From an uncultured bacterium (GTDB taxonomy: Bacteria; Margulisbacteria; WOR-1; CAVSGV01), in NCBI GenBank assembly GCA_963699255.1, contig OY969425.1:1200001-1232000 (forward strand): 32,000 nucleotides of DNA, written 5' to 3'. A program made the position numbers and the translations under genes. The notes under the pieces are model-generated. The model saw only the letters and a list, made by a program, of their open reading frames with translations. It did no database searches and was not told the DNA's origin. Below are positions 20,919-28,933 of the stretch, piece by piece (position 1 is the first letter of the stretch; every line of letters begins with the position of its first letter).

Positions 20919-22693
20919 ACATACTGCTTTACACTATAGCAATGCCGATAGTGTCTTCTTTACTATGCTTTTTCTCAAAGCGCTCGTCGCCATGGATAGC
21001 TCTTGTTATCTCCGCGGCAGAGATATTGCTTGCAGTAAGGATATTCTTTTTCGGAAACGCTATCTCCACCCTTTACTTTCACGCCTACGTACTTAACTCC
21101 GGCATTTTCCTGGCCGCTTCGGCCTTTTCATTGCTGATCGTCCTCTACTCTCTCAAGTTCATGGAAGGTGACGAACGACTAGGGGAATATTACGCATATA
21201 TACTGATAACTATGGGCGCGGCGGCAGGAGCCTTATTCGCGAATGATTATTTCACTCTCCTTTCATTCTGGGGGGTCCTCGGGGCGACCTTATATATGTT
21301 GATCGGGATCGCCGGAGCGAGCGCGGCTTCCTCTGCGAAAAAAACTTTCATCATAGTCGGCGGGTCGGATGCCGTGATGATATTCGGGATAGGCACGGTA
21401 TGGCTAATGACAAGAAGCCTTCAGATAGGGATTTTCCCGATAGCCATGTGCGGGGTCCTCCCTGTGATCGCCTTCCTCTCTCTTTTGTCCAGTGCTCTTG
21501 CAAAAGCTGGAGCCATGCCTTTCCATAGCTGGCTGCCGGATTGCGCCGAGGCGGCTCCTGTTCCGGTAACCGCTTATCTTCCGGCTTCTCTGGATAAACT
21601 TTTAGGCATATATCTCCTGTTCAGGTTGTGTACGGACATATTCCAGGTCACCCCTAATTCTCCTGTGTCGATACTTCTGCTTGTTATCGGTTCCTTTACC
21701 ATTATTGCCGGCGTAATGGCGGCACTTGTACAACACAACATGAGAAAGCTGCTTTCGTTCCACGCGATATCGCAGGTGGGTTACATGGTGCTGGGCATAG
21801 GGACGGCGCTTCCGATCGGGATGGCGGGCGCACTTTTTCACATGTTGAACCATACAATATATAAAAGCTGCCTTTTCCTGACAAGCGGATCGGTAGAGAA
21901 AGAAATGGGAACGGGAGAGCTTGATGAACTGGGCGGCGCGGCAGTATCTATGCCGATTACTTTCGTCAGTGCGGCGGTCGCCGCACTTTCCATCTCCGGG
22001 ATACCACCTTTCAACGGCTTCTTCTCTAAGTGGATGATATACCAGGGCATTATCGAGCTTTCCGGAACAAGCAGGCTCTGGATAATATGGCTGTGCGCTG
22101 CGATGTTCGGGAGCGCCCTGACGCTCGCTAGTTTCATAAAGCTGATCCACGCCGTTTATCTCGGGCAGGGCTCTGGCAAAAAACCTGAACCAAGAGAAGC
22201 CCCCTGGCAGATGTGGCTGCCGCCGGCGATACTCGCGTCACTCTGCGTAGTGTTCGGCATTTTTGCTTTTTCAGTTCCTCTCCCCTATTTCGTACTTCCT
22301 TCAGTAAAAGGGATAATTTACAGCGGATACTGGAACCCGGTTCTTGCGACTGCATTGATATTGATAGGTCTGCTGATAGGGCTTCTGGTCTATTGGCTTG
22401 GAAAGGAAAGAACGACTCTTACCAGCCCCGTCTATATCGGCGGCGAAGAAATTGAAGAAACCAGGGTTAAAGTTTCCGGGACCGGATTTTATAATACCAT
22501 AAGGGATTACGGACCCCTTGACGTTATTTATCGTTTCGCGGAAAGAAAGCTATTCGATATTTATGAGCTCGGCTCAAAGCTTGTTTCCATGCTCTATGAT
22601 GTGCTTGGTTTTCTCCATAACGGGCTTTTGCACACTTATCTGGCATGGATGTTCCTGGGGTTCGCGCTGATTATGCTGTTCATTATCTTTTAG
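20915..22693 (+). CDS. Antiporter-like membrane subunit, NuoL / MrpA N-terminal / MbhH-like
   Basis: 592 aa and polytopic. Proton-pump family motifs include WLPDCAEAAPVPVTAYL, HAISQVGYMVLGIG and GIPPFNGFFSKW. Confidence 0.85.
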   Translation: MNILLYTIAMPIVSSLLCFFSKRSSPWIALVISAAEILLAVRIFFFGNAISTLYFHAYVLNSGIFLAASAFSLLIVLYSLKFMEGDERLGEYYAYILITMGAAAGALFANDYFTLLSFWGVLGATLYMLIGIAGASAASSAKKTFIIVGGSDAVMIFGIGTVWLMTRSLQIGIFPIAMCGVLPVIAFLSLLSSALAKAGAMPFHSWLPDCAEAAPVPVTAYLPASLDKLLGIYLLFRLCTDIFQVTPNSPVSILLLVIGSFTIIAGVMAALVQHNMRKLLSFHAISQVGYMVLGIGTALPIGMAGALFHMLNHTIYKSCLFLTSGSVEKEMGTGELDELGGAAVSMPITFVSAAVAALSISGIPPFNGFFSKWMIYQGIIELSGTSRLWIIWLCAAMFGSALTLASFIKLIHAVYLGQGSGKKPEPREAPWQMWLPPAILASLCVVFGIFAFSVPLPYFVLPSVKGIIYSGYWNPVLATALILIGLLIGLLVYWLGKERTTLTSPVYIGGEEIEETRVKVSGTGFYNTIRDYGPLDVIYRFAERKLFDIYELGSKLVSMLYDVLGFLHNGLLHTYLAWMFLGFALIMLFIIF

Positions 22694-22700
22694 GAGTGAC

Positions 22701-23213
22701 ATGATAGAATTATACCTTTTGATGGTTTTTATAATAATTGCGGCGATGATCGCCGTTGAAAACCACACCTTGCTTTCGTCAATAATTTCACTTGGAGCCG
22801 TGGGGTTAGGGCTGTGCATAATATTCTTGATCCTCGGCGCTCCCGAACTTGCGATAACGCAGCTCGTTGTCGAGATACTCGTTCTTATTGTGCTTATACG
22901 CGCCACCATTGCCGTGTCGGTCCCGGAAACCTACAAGGGAAGGGAATTCCTGTCATACATGATGGCGATAGGTTTCATACTCCTGTTCATGGCCGGCTCG
23001 TTCTTCGCGTTCGGCAATCTTCCGGAATTCGGTGCTCCCATAATGAAATCCGCGAAAATATACATTGAAAATAGCGCCGGAGCTGCCGCGGAAAATCTTG
23101 TGACGACAGTTGCATTGAAATTCAGGAGGTTCGACTCTATTGGAATGGTGGCGATCATCTTTACTTCTGTCATAGGAACACTGGTCATCTTAAGGCAAAA
23201 AGGAAGGAAATAA
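22701..23213 (+). CDS. MrpA C-terminal-like subunit (MbhD/DUF4040-type segment plus MnhB-type segment)
   Basis: 170 aa. The N-terminal hydrophobic segment contains APELAITQLVVEILV. The segment NLVTTVALKFRRFDSIGMVAIIFTSVIG resembles the MnhB-domain motif. An AGGAG RBS lies upstream. Confidence 0.65.
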   Translation: MIELYLLMVFIIIAAMIAVENHTLLSSIISLGAVGLGLCIIFLILGAPELAITQLVVEILVLIVLIRATIAVSVPETYKGREFLSYMMAIGFILLFMAGSFFAFGNLPEFGAPIMKSAKIYIENSAGAAAENLVTTVALKFRRFDSIGMVAIIFTSVIGTLVILRQKGRK

Positions 23214-23217
23214 TTCA

Positions 23218-23607
23218 ATGAGCGGTATGGGTTTGATAGTGAAAACGGTCACAAGGGTTACTGTAGGTGTCATATTTCTTTTCGGATGCTACATCTCCGC
23301 GCAAGGTCATACCACCCTTGGCGGCGGACTTGCAGGAGGGGTCGTTATAGCTCTTGCTTTCATATTATATGTTCTTGCCTACGGCAGGACCCATGCGGAA
23401 GAAAGGCTCGGCAGGCAGCTTGCTTTGATTTTTATGGAACTTGGAGCTATCTTTTTTCTGCTGCTCTCGTTCTTCGGCTGCAAGCCGGAAGGATGTTATG
23501 AATGCATATTATGCAATCTTGCGATATCGGTGATGTCCGGCGCCGGACTTTTTGTCGTTTTCTTGAACTTTACCGCATTCAAGGCAAAGATAAGGGAGGA
23601 AAAATAA
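23218..23607 (+). CDS. MrpB / MnhB-like antiporter subunit
   Basis: 129 aa. GHTTLGGGLAGGVVIAL resembles the GHxxPGGGFxGG motif of MrpB. Confidence 0.65.
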   Translation: MSGMGLIVKTVTRVTVGVIFLFGCYISAQGHTTLGGGLAGGVVIALAFILYVLAYGRTHAEERLGRQLALIFMELGAIFFLLLSFFGCKPEGCYECILCNLAISVMSGAGLFVVFLNFTAFKAKIREEK

Positions 23608-23903
23608 TGGCGGCATATCTCTTGTGTGTCGTTCTGTTCCTTATCGGAGTATATTGCGTCGCTGTCAAAAAGAACCTGATAAAGATCATAGTCGGCCTTG
23701 TGATAATGGAATACTCAATGAACCTTTTGCTTGTGGTCGTTGGCTACCGCGGAGGCGCTGTGGACCCGCTTGCTCAGGCTTTCGCGCTGGCAATGATCGC
23801 GGTAGGACTTGCGACCACAATAACAATGTCCTCGATCGCAATGAGGATATATGACAGACTTGGCACATTTGACATTACAAAGATAGGCAAGCTGAAAGGA
23901 TAA
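23607..23903 (+). CDS. MrpC / NuoK-like antiporter subunit
   Basis: I prefer the ATG at 23607 (MAAYLLCVVLFLIGVYCV...), which overlaps the upstream TAA by 1 nt and has a GGGAGG RBS. It has three TM helices and the NuoK-like IVGLVIMEYSMNLLLV segment. The track start at 23502 lies inside the previous gene. Confidence 0.75.
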   Translation: MAAYLLCVVLFLIGVYCVAVKKNLIKIIVGLVIMEYSMNLLLVVVGYRGGAVDPLAQAFALAMIAVGLATTITMSSIAMRIYDRLGTFDITKIGKLKG

Positions 23904-23905
23904 GC

Positions 23906-25393
23906 ATGATCAACGTTTTGCCGATATTCATTTTACTTCCGCTCGGCGCAGGCTTCCTTATGCTTATGGCATATAGGACCGGAAAGAATTTGCCGGATTT
24001 TATCGGAAATGCCGCGACTTTCTTCCTGGCAGCGATGGCACTTTCACTTTACTTTTTCCGTCCGTTCGGAGCCGTGATGATATTTAAGACAGGATATTTT
24101 CCTGCCGGTATAGGGATCAATCTGGTCCTGGACGGATTAAGCCATTTGCTCCTTCTGATCGTTAATCTTGTGGCTTTCTTTATTACATTTTATTCTGTTT
24201 CATACATGGATAAATATTCAAAAAAAGAAAAATATTATTCACTTCTCATGCTAATGGTCGCCGGCATGAATGGCGCGATCCTGACCGGAGATCTTATCAG
24301 CTTTTTCGTCTTCATGGAACTGGCCGCTATTTCCGGGAGCGTGCTGGTGGCTTTCGGCACGGAGTATGAAGAGCTGGAGGCTTCCTTTAAATACCTTGTC
24401 ATGGGATCAGTGGCGTCCATCTTCATTCTCTTTGCCGTCATCATGATATATTCCATTACAGGTACCACGAACATGGCGGATATCGCGCAGTGTTTCCCCG
24501 GCAACGCCAACTATGCCAAGATGCTGATAACGCTCCTCTTTTTGATAGGATTCGGCACAAAGGCCGCCATTATCCCTTTCCATGCATGGCTTCCGGACGC
24601 ACACCCCGCAGCCCCCGCTCCGATCTCCGCGATGCTTTCCGGTGTCCTTATTAAGGCACTGGGTATTTATGCGCTGGTAAGGACCTTCTTTAATGTGCTC
24701 GGGATGACTCATCAGCTATCCAATATTTTCATGATGCTTGGCGTAATATCCTTGCTTGCCGGAGTAATAATGGCCCTTGGACAGTGGGATCTTAAGAGGC
24801 TTCTAGCTTATCACAGCATTTCGCAGGTCGGATATATAATTCTCGGTATCGGGCTCGCGACGCCTCTCGGAGTTCTGGGCGGCCTTTTCCACCTTTTCAA
24901 CCATGCCATCTTCAAGTCGCTCCTCTTCCTGACAGCCGGCTCCGTGGAGCACTCCACTGGAACAAGGCAGCTCAAGGAGCTTGGCGGACTGCGCCAGAAG
25001 ATGCCTGTTACGTCGAATGCGTCTCTCGCGGCATCCCTTGCTATCTCAGGACTACCGCCGTTCAACGGCTTCTGGAGCAAGCTTTTTATCATCATTGCCT
25101 GCATACAGGCCGGAAAGCTATGGTTCGCGGCAGCGGCAGTGATCGGGAGCATTTTAACGCTTGCCTCATTCATGAAGGTGCAAAAATACGTTTTCTTCGA
25201 GAAGCTGCCGGCTCAGCTGCGCGATACCAAAGAATCTCCCTGGTTCATGGGCGCTCCCATGGTGATCCTTGCTTTGCTCTGTCTTGCCGTCGGGCTTTTC
25301 TTTCCCGTTATCGTGAACTTTCTGATAAATCCGGCCGTTGTGTCGGTGTCGATCGGCACCGGATACGGCCAGCTTGTCCTGGGAGGCAATTAA
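23906..25393 (+). CDS. MrpD / NuoM-N-like antiporter subunit
   Basis: 495 aa. Motifs include WLPDAHPAAPAPISAMLSGVLIK, HSISQVGYIILGIG and GLPPFNGFWSK. Confidence 0.85.
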   Translation: MINVLPIFILLPLGAGFLMLMAYRTGKNLPDFIGNAATFFLAAMALSLYFFRPFGAVMIFKTGYFPAGIGINLVLDGLSHLLLLIVNLVAFFITFYSVSYMDKYSKKEKYYSLLMLMVAGMNGAILTGDLISFFVFMELAAISGSVLVAFGTEYEELEASFKYLVMGSVASIFILFAVIMIYSITGTTNMADIAQCFPGNANYAKMLITLLFLIGFGTKAAIIPFHAWLPDAHPAAPAPISAMLSGVLIKALGIYALVRTFFNVLGMTHQLSNIFMMLGVISLLAGVIMALGQWDLKRLLAYHSISQVGYIILGIGLATPLGVLGGLFHLFNHAIFKSLLFLTAGSVEHSTGTRQLKELGGLRQKMPVTSNASLAASLAISGLPPFNGFWSKLFIIIACIQAGKLWFAAAAVIGSILTLASFMKVQKYVFFEKLPAQLRDTKESPWFMGAPMVILALLCLAVGLFFPVIVNFLINPAVVSVSIGTGYGQLVLGGN

Positions 25394-25876
25394 ATGGTCA
25401 AGAGAGGGAGTCAAACGCTGGGTTTTGTGATCGCTTTCCTGGTATGGCTTATGCTTACCTGGAAGATCGATCCTATGAACATCGCGCTGGGTTCGATCTT
25501 TTCGCTTCTGGCAGCGATCTTCTTCGGGGATCTCCTCACTGTCACGCCGGAGCGCGCTCTTCACCCTGTGAGATATTTTTGGCTTCTTTATTACCTGCCG
25601 ATCTTCCTGTGGCAGATGGTTAAATCGAACATCGACGTAGCTTACAGGGTCCTGCATCCGAAACTCCCGATAAATCCCGGCTTGATCAAAGTTAAGATCA
25701 ACCTTAATAGCGACGTTTCCAAGGCGCTTCTCGCGAATTCCATCTCCCTTACTCCCGGAAGCACGACCGTTGACATAATCGGGGACCAGATATACATTCA
25801 CTGCATAGATGTGGACCGTCCGGTCAGGGAAGAAGTTGAAATGTTCGAGAAAATAATCGCAAGGATACTTGAATGA
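25394..25876 (+). CDS. MrpE / MnhE-like antiporter subunit
   Basis: 160 aa with an N-terminal TM pair. SISLTPGSTTVDI is typical of MnhE. The gene sits in the canonical D-E-F-G order. Confidence 0.7.
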   Translation: MVKRGSQTLGFVIAFLVWLMLTWKIDPMNIALGSIFSLLAAIFFGDLLTVTPERALHPVRYFWLLYYLPIFLWQMVKSNIDVAYRVLHPKLPINPGLIKVKINLNSDVSKALLANSISLTPGSTTVDIIGDQIYIHCIDVDRPVREEVEMFEKIIARILE

Positions 25877-26130
25877 TAAATATACTGATATATATTTTAA
25901 CGCTCTGCTGTTTCATATGTCTTTACAGGATATTTAAGAGCCCGACGCCGGCCGACCGCGCGGTCGCGGTGGATATTCTCGGGATAGTGGTGATAGGCTT
26001 CTGCTCGCTTCTGTCCGTTTCGATCCACAAGGGTTTCTTGATGGATATCGCGATCGCCTGGACGCTGCAGAGCTATATAGCGGTCCTTGCCATCGCGAAA
26101 TACCTGGAGGGGAAGCGCTTCGATGAATGA
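25873..26130 (+). CDS. MrpF / MnhF-like antiporter subunit
   Basis: 85 aa with three TM helices and the motif PTPADRAVAVDILGIVVIG. The start overlaps the upstream stop (ATGA). Confidence 0.7.
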   Translation: MINILIYILTLCCFICLYRIFKSPTPADRAVAVDILGIVVIGFCSLLSVSIHKGFLMDIAIAWTLQSYIAVLAIAKYLEGKRFDE

Positions 26131-26464
26131 AATGATCGGATACTTTTTTATTACCGTGGGAGTGCTGTTCAATCTGTTCGGATGCATAGGGTTGATCAGG
26201 CTGCCGGATATTTACAACCGCCTTCAGGCGGCGGCGAAATGCGCCACGCTGGGGACCTGCGGGACTCTACTGGGTGTTTTTATCATTAACGGTTTTGGCG
26301 CGACGGGCATGAAAGCGCTGCTGGCGATGATCTTCGTCCTTTTGACCGCCCCGACGGCGGCGCAGGCGCTGTCAAAAGCAGCGTATAAGTCAGGCATAAA
26401 AGCCTGGAAGAAAAACGGTAAGGAAGAGTCAATAGAGGAGAAAGAACTGCGTGAAGCTCCCTAA
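26123..26464 (+). CDS. MrpG / MnhG-like antiporter subunit
   Basis: The likely start is the ATG at 26123 (MNEMIGYFFITVGVLFNLFGCIGLIRLPDIYNRLQAAAK), which carries the MnhG signature. The ATG at 26132 is an alternative. It overlaps the end of the MrpF-like gene. Confidence 0.7.
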   Translation: MNEMIGYFFITVGVLFNLFGCIGLIRLPDIYNRLQAAAKCATLGTCGTLLGVFIINGFGATGMKALLAMIFVLLTAPTAAQALSKAAYKSGIKAWKKNGKEESIEEKELREAP

Positions 26465-27050
26465 AATAAGAGAACTCGGAGAAGCGATAAAAGCCTTGAT
26501 GCTTGGCCCTTACACATCAGGGTTCCCTTTCAAGCAGCCGGTGATCCCCGACGGCTTCCGCGGCAAGCCCCAGTTCTACCAGGATGACTGCGTAGGATGC
26601 CTCGCGTGCGTCGAGGTCTGCCCCGCCCGCGCCATCGAATATGTTGACGACAAAAAGACAAAGCTAAGGACCCTGACCCATCACCAGGATATCTGCATCT
26701 ACTGCCAGCAATGCGAGCGCGCCTGCATAACCGAAAAAGGGATAATGCTCACGAAAGAATACGATCTTGCGACATTTGACAGAAAGAGATCGTTCACTCA
26801 GTCGATAAAAGCGCTTGTCATCTGCGAGCACTGCGGCGGCATTGTTGCTCCTCTCGACCACCTGAAATTCCTCGCAAAGAAAGTCGGCCACCTTCTGTAC
26901 TCGAACCCCACCCTTCTCCTTGCAAGGCATGATGAGCTGAAGCTGCTCGAAGCCGATCGGCCCTCAAGCAGCCCTCACAAAAGAGCCGACCATCTCAAAA
27001 TGCTCTGCCCCAACTGCAGGAGAGAGATAATACTGAAGGAGCAATGGTGA
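26451..27050 (+). CDS. 2x[4Fe-4S] ferredoxin subunit, NuoI / HycF-like, with a C-terminal CxxC...CxxC extension
   Basis: 199 aa with a GTG start. The cluster motifs are CVGCLACVEVCP and CIYCQQCERAC. The C-terminal CEHCGG...CPNCRRE resembles the HycF tail. Confidence 0.8.
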   Translation: MKLPKIRELGEAIKALMLGPYTSGFPFKQPVIPDGFRGKPQFYQDDCVGCLACVEVCPARAIEYVDDKKTKLRTLTHHQDICIYCQQCERACITEKGIMLTKEYDLATFDRKRSFTQSIKALVICEHCGGIVAPLDHLKFLAKKVGHLLYSNPTLLLARHDELKLLEADRPSSSPHKRADHLKMLCPNCRREIILKEQW

Positions 27051-27051
27051 C

Positions 27052-27387
27052 ATGCACGAGCTCGGATTAGCAGAAGACATATTAAGAAAAATAAAGGAAG
27101 AAGCAAGGATCAGAGGGCTTTCGAAGGTTTCTTATGCTAAAATAAGGATCGGGGAAACGCTGGTGACCGACCAGCCGGAGCTTGTTGAGTTGTTCTCAAT
27201 GATCTCAGCAGGGACCCCGGCGGAAGGAACCAAACTTGATATAGTTATCTCCCCGCTGAAATCCGTTTGCGGAAACTGCAAAAAGGAGTTCAACCCGAAG
27301 GTCATCAGATTTGACTGCCCCGGCTGCGGATCAAACAGCATAAACATTGCTTCGGGCAAAGAGCTTGTAATAGAGGAAATAAAATAA
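27052..27387 (+). CDS. hypA: [NiFe]-hydrogenase nickel-insertion metallochaperone HypA
   Basis: 111 aa. It has the N-terminal MHE Ni-binding motif and the zinc site CGNC...CPGC. It starts 2 nt after the upstream stop. Confidence 0.85.
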   Translation: MHELGLAEDILRKIKEEARIRGLSKVSYAKIRIGETLVTDQPELVELFSMISAGTPAEGTKLDIVISPLKSVCGNCKKEFNPKVIRFDCPGCGSNSINIASGKELVIEEIK

Positions 27388-28886
27388 TGAATCCATTAGC
27401 TCAACTTGAAACCTCGGACTGGATAAAAGAACGGGTAAAACCGCAGGAAAATTCCCGCTACATGGATCACGGGATGGATTTCATAAGCGAATATGAGATA
27501 TCCCGCCATCTTGAAGGCAACCGTAACCCGTCCAGGCAGCAGATAAGGGATATCATACAGAAAGCTTTAACTATCGAGCGGCTGGAGCCGCAAGAGACCG
27601 CTGCTTTGCTGAATGTGACCGATCCTGATCTGTGGCAGGAAATATTCAATGCAGCGGGAAAGATAAAAAAAGCCGTATATGACAACAGGATAGTCACGTT
27701 CGCGCCTCTTTACTGCGGAAGCTACTGCGTCAACAACTGCCTCTACTGCGCTTTCCGCAAAAGCAACCATGAAGAGCTCAGGCGCGTCCTAAGTATGGAT
27801 GAGATAAAGCGCGAAACAGAGGTTCTGGCGGGAGAGATAGGCCATAAGCGCCTTATTGCGGTGTTCGGCGAACATCCCGCGACGGACGCTGGATATATGG
27901 TGGCGGTCCTGCGGTCAATTTACAGCGTAAAGGTCCCCACAAAGACAGGATATTCAAATATAAGACGAGTGAACATCAACGGCGCCCCGCTTTCCATTGA
28001 AGAATTCAGGATGATAAAAGTTGCGGGCATCGGGACATATCAGATATTCCAGGAAACATACCATCACGTGACTTACGCGAAGGTGCATCCGATAGAAACA
28101 GTGAAAGCGGATTACGCATGGCGCCTGTACGCTCTCCACAGGGCTCAGGAAGCCGGAATTGATGATGTAGCCATAGGGGTCTTGTTCGGGCTTTATGACT
28201 GGAAGTTCGAGGTTATGGGACTGCTTTATCATGCCATTGATCTTGAAAAACACTTCGGCGTCGGGCCGCATACGATATCTTTCCCAAGGCTTGAGCCTGC
28301 GGCCAACACGCCCTTGGCCGAGAATTCGAAATATAAAGTATCCGATGAAGATTTCAAGAAGCTGGTCGCGGTTCTTAGGCTGTCTATCCCCTACGCTGGC
28401 ATGATATTGACGGCAAGGGAAAGCGCGGAGATCAGGCGGCAGGTGATACCGCTGGGCATCACGCAGATCGACGCTTCAACAAAGATAGGCATAGGCGCAT
28501 ATTCTGACCGGTATAGCGAACAGGAGCTTAAGAACCAGCAGTTCCTTATCGGTGATCCCAGGTCGCTTGATGAGGTCATACGCGAACTTGCCGATACCGG
28601 CTATATCACAAGCTTCTGTACCGCCGGATACAGATGTTCAAGGACCGGGAAGTGCATAATGGACCTTCTCAAGTCCGGCAAGGAGAGATGGTTCTGCAAA
28701 GTGAACGCCGTCCTGACTTACAAGGAATGGCTCAATGATTTCGCGTCTCCCGAGACGAAAGCCAAGGGTGAGGCGATCATAAAAAAAGAAATTGAAGAGA
28801 TAAAAACACAAGTCCCCACTATTTATCCGCAGTTCGCTGCTATGTATGACAGGATCCAGAAGGGCGAGAGAGATCTTTACTTCTAG
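27387..28886 (+). CDS. HydG-type radical SAM enzyme (tyrosine-lyase family), full length, with a variant C-terminal Cys motif
   Basis: 499 aa. Hallmarks include LEPQETAALLNV, FAPLYCGSYCVNNCLYCAFRKSN (CX3CX2C), RRVNINGAP, GIGTYQIFQETYH, GVGPHTISFPRLEP and SIPYAGMILTARES. The C-terminus ends GERDLYF, as I recall it from characterised HydG proteins. The C-terminal cluster region reads FCTAGYRCSRTGKCIMDLLKSGKERWFC. The ATG overlaps the hypA TAA (TAATG). Confidence 0.85.
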   Translation: MNPLAQLETSDWIKERVKPQENSRYMDHGMDFISEYEISRHLEGNRNPSRQQIRDIIQKALTIERLEPQETAALLNVTDPDLWQEIFNAAGKIKKAVYDNRIVTFAPLYCGSYCVNNCLYCAFRKSNHEELRRVLSMDEIKRETEVLAGEIGHKRLIAVFGEHPATDAGYMVAVLRSIYSVKVPTKTGYSNIRRVNINGAPLSIEEFRMIKVAGIGTYQIFQETYHHVTYAKVHPIETVKADYAWRLYALHRAQEAGIDDVAIGVLFGLYDWKFEVMGLLYHAIDLEKHFGVGPHTISFPRLEPAANTPLAENSKYKVSDEDFKKLVAVLRLSIPYAGMILTARESAEIRRQVIPLGITQIDASTKIGIGAYSDRYSEQELKNQQFLIGDPRSLDEVIRELADTGYITSFCTAGYRCSRTGKCIMDLLKSGKERWFCKVNAVLTYKEWLNDFASPETKAKGEAIIKKEIEEIKTQVPTIYPQFAAMYDRIQKGERDLYF

Positions 28887-28933
28887 AACGCAAGATTTTC
28901 CCCGCTAAACCCGATAAATATACAGGGGGATTT

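Noticed and set aside
21602-25801. Long minus-strand ORFs (21602-22150, 24811-25173, 25166-25801 and others) opposite the antiporter genes
   Set aside because: These are antisense ORFs within strongly supported membrane-protein genes. Their translations are Arg/His/Pro-rich with no motifs, as is typical of shadows of GC-skewed hydrophobic coding sequence.
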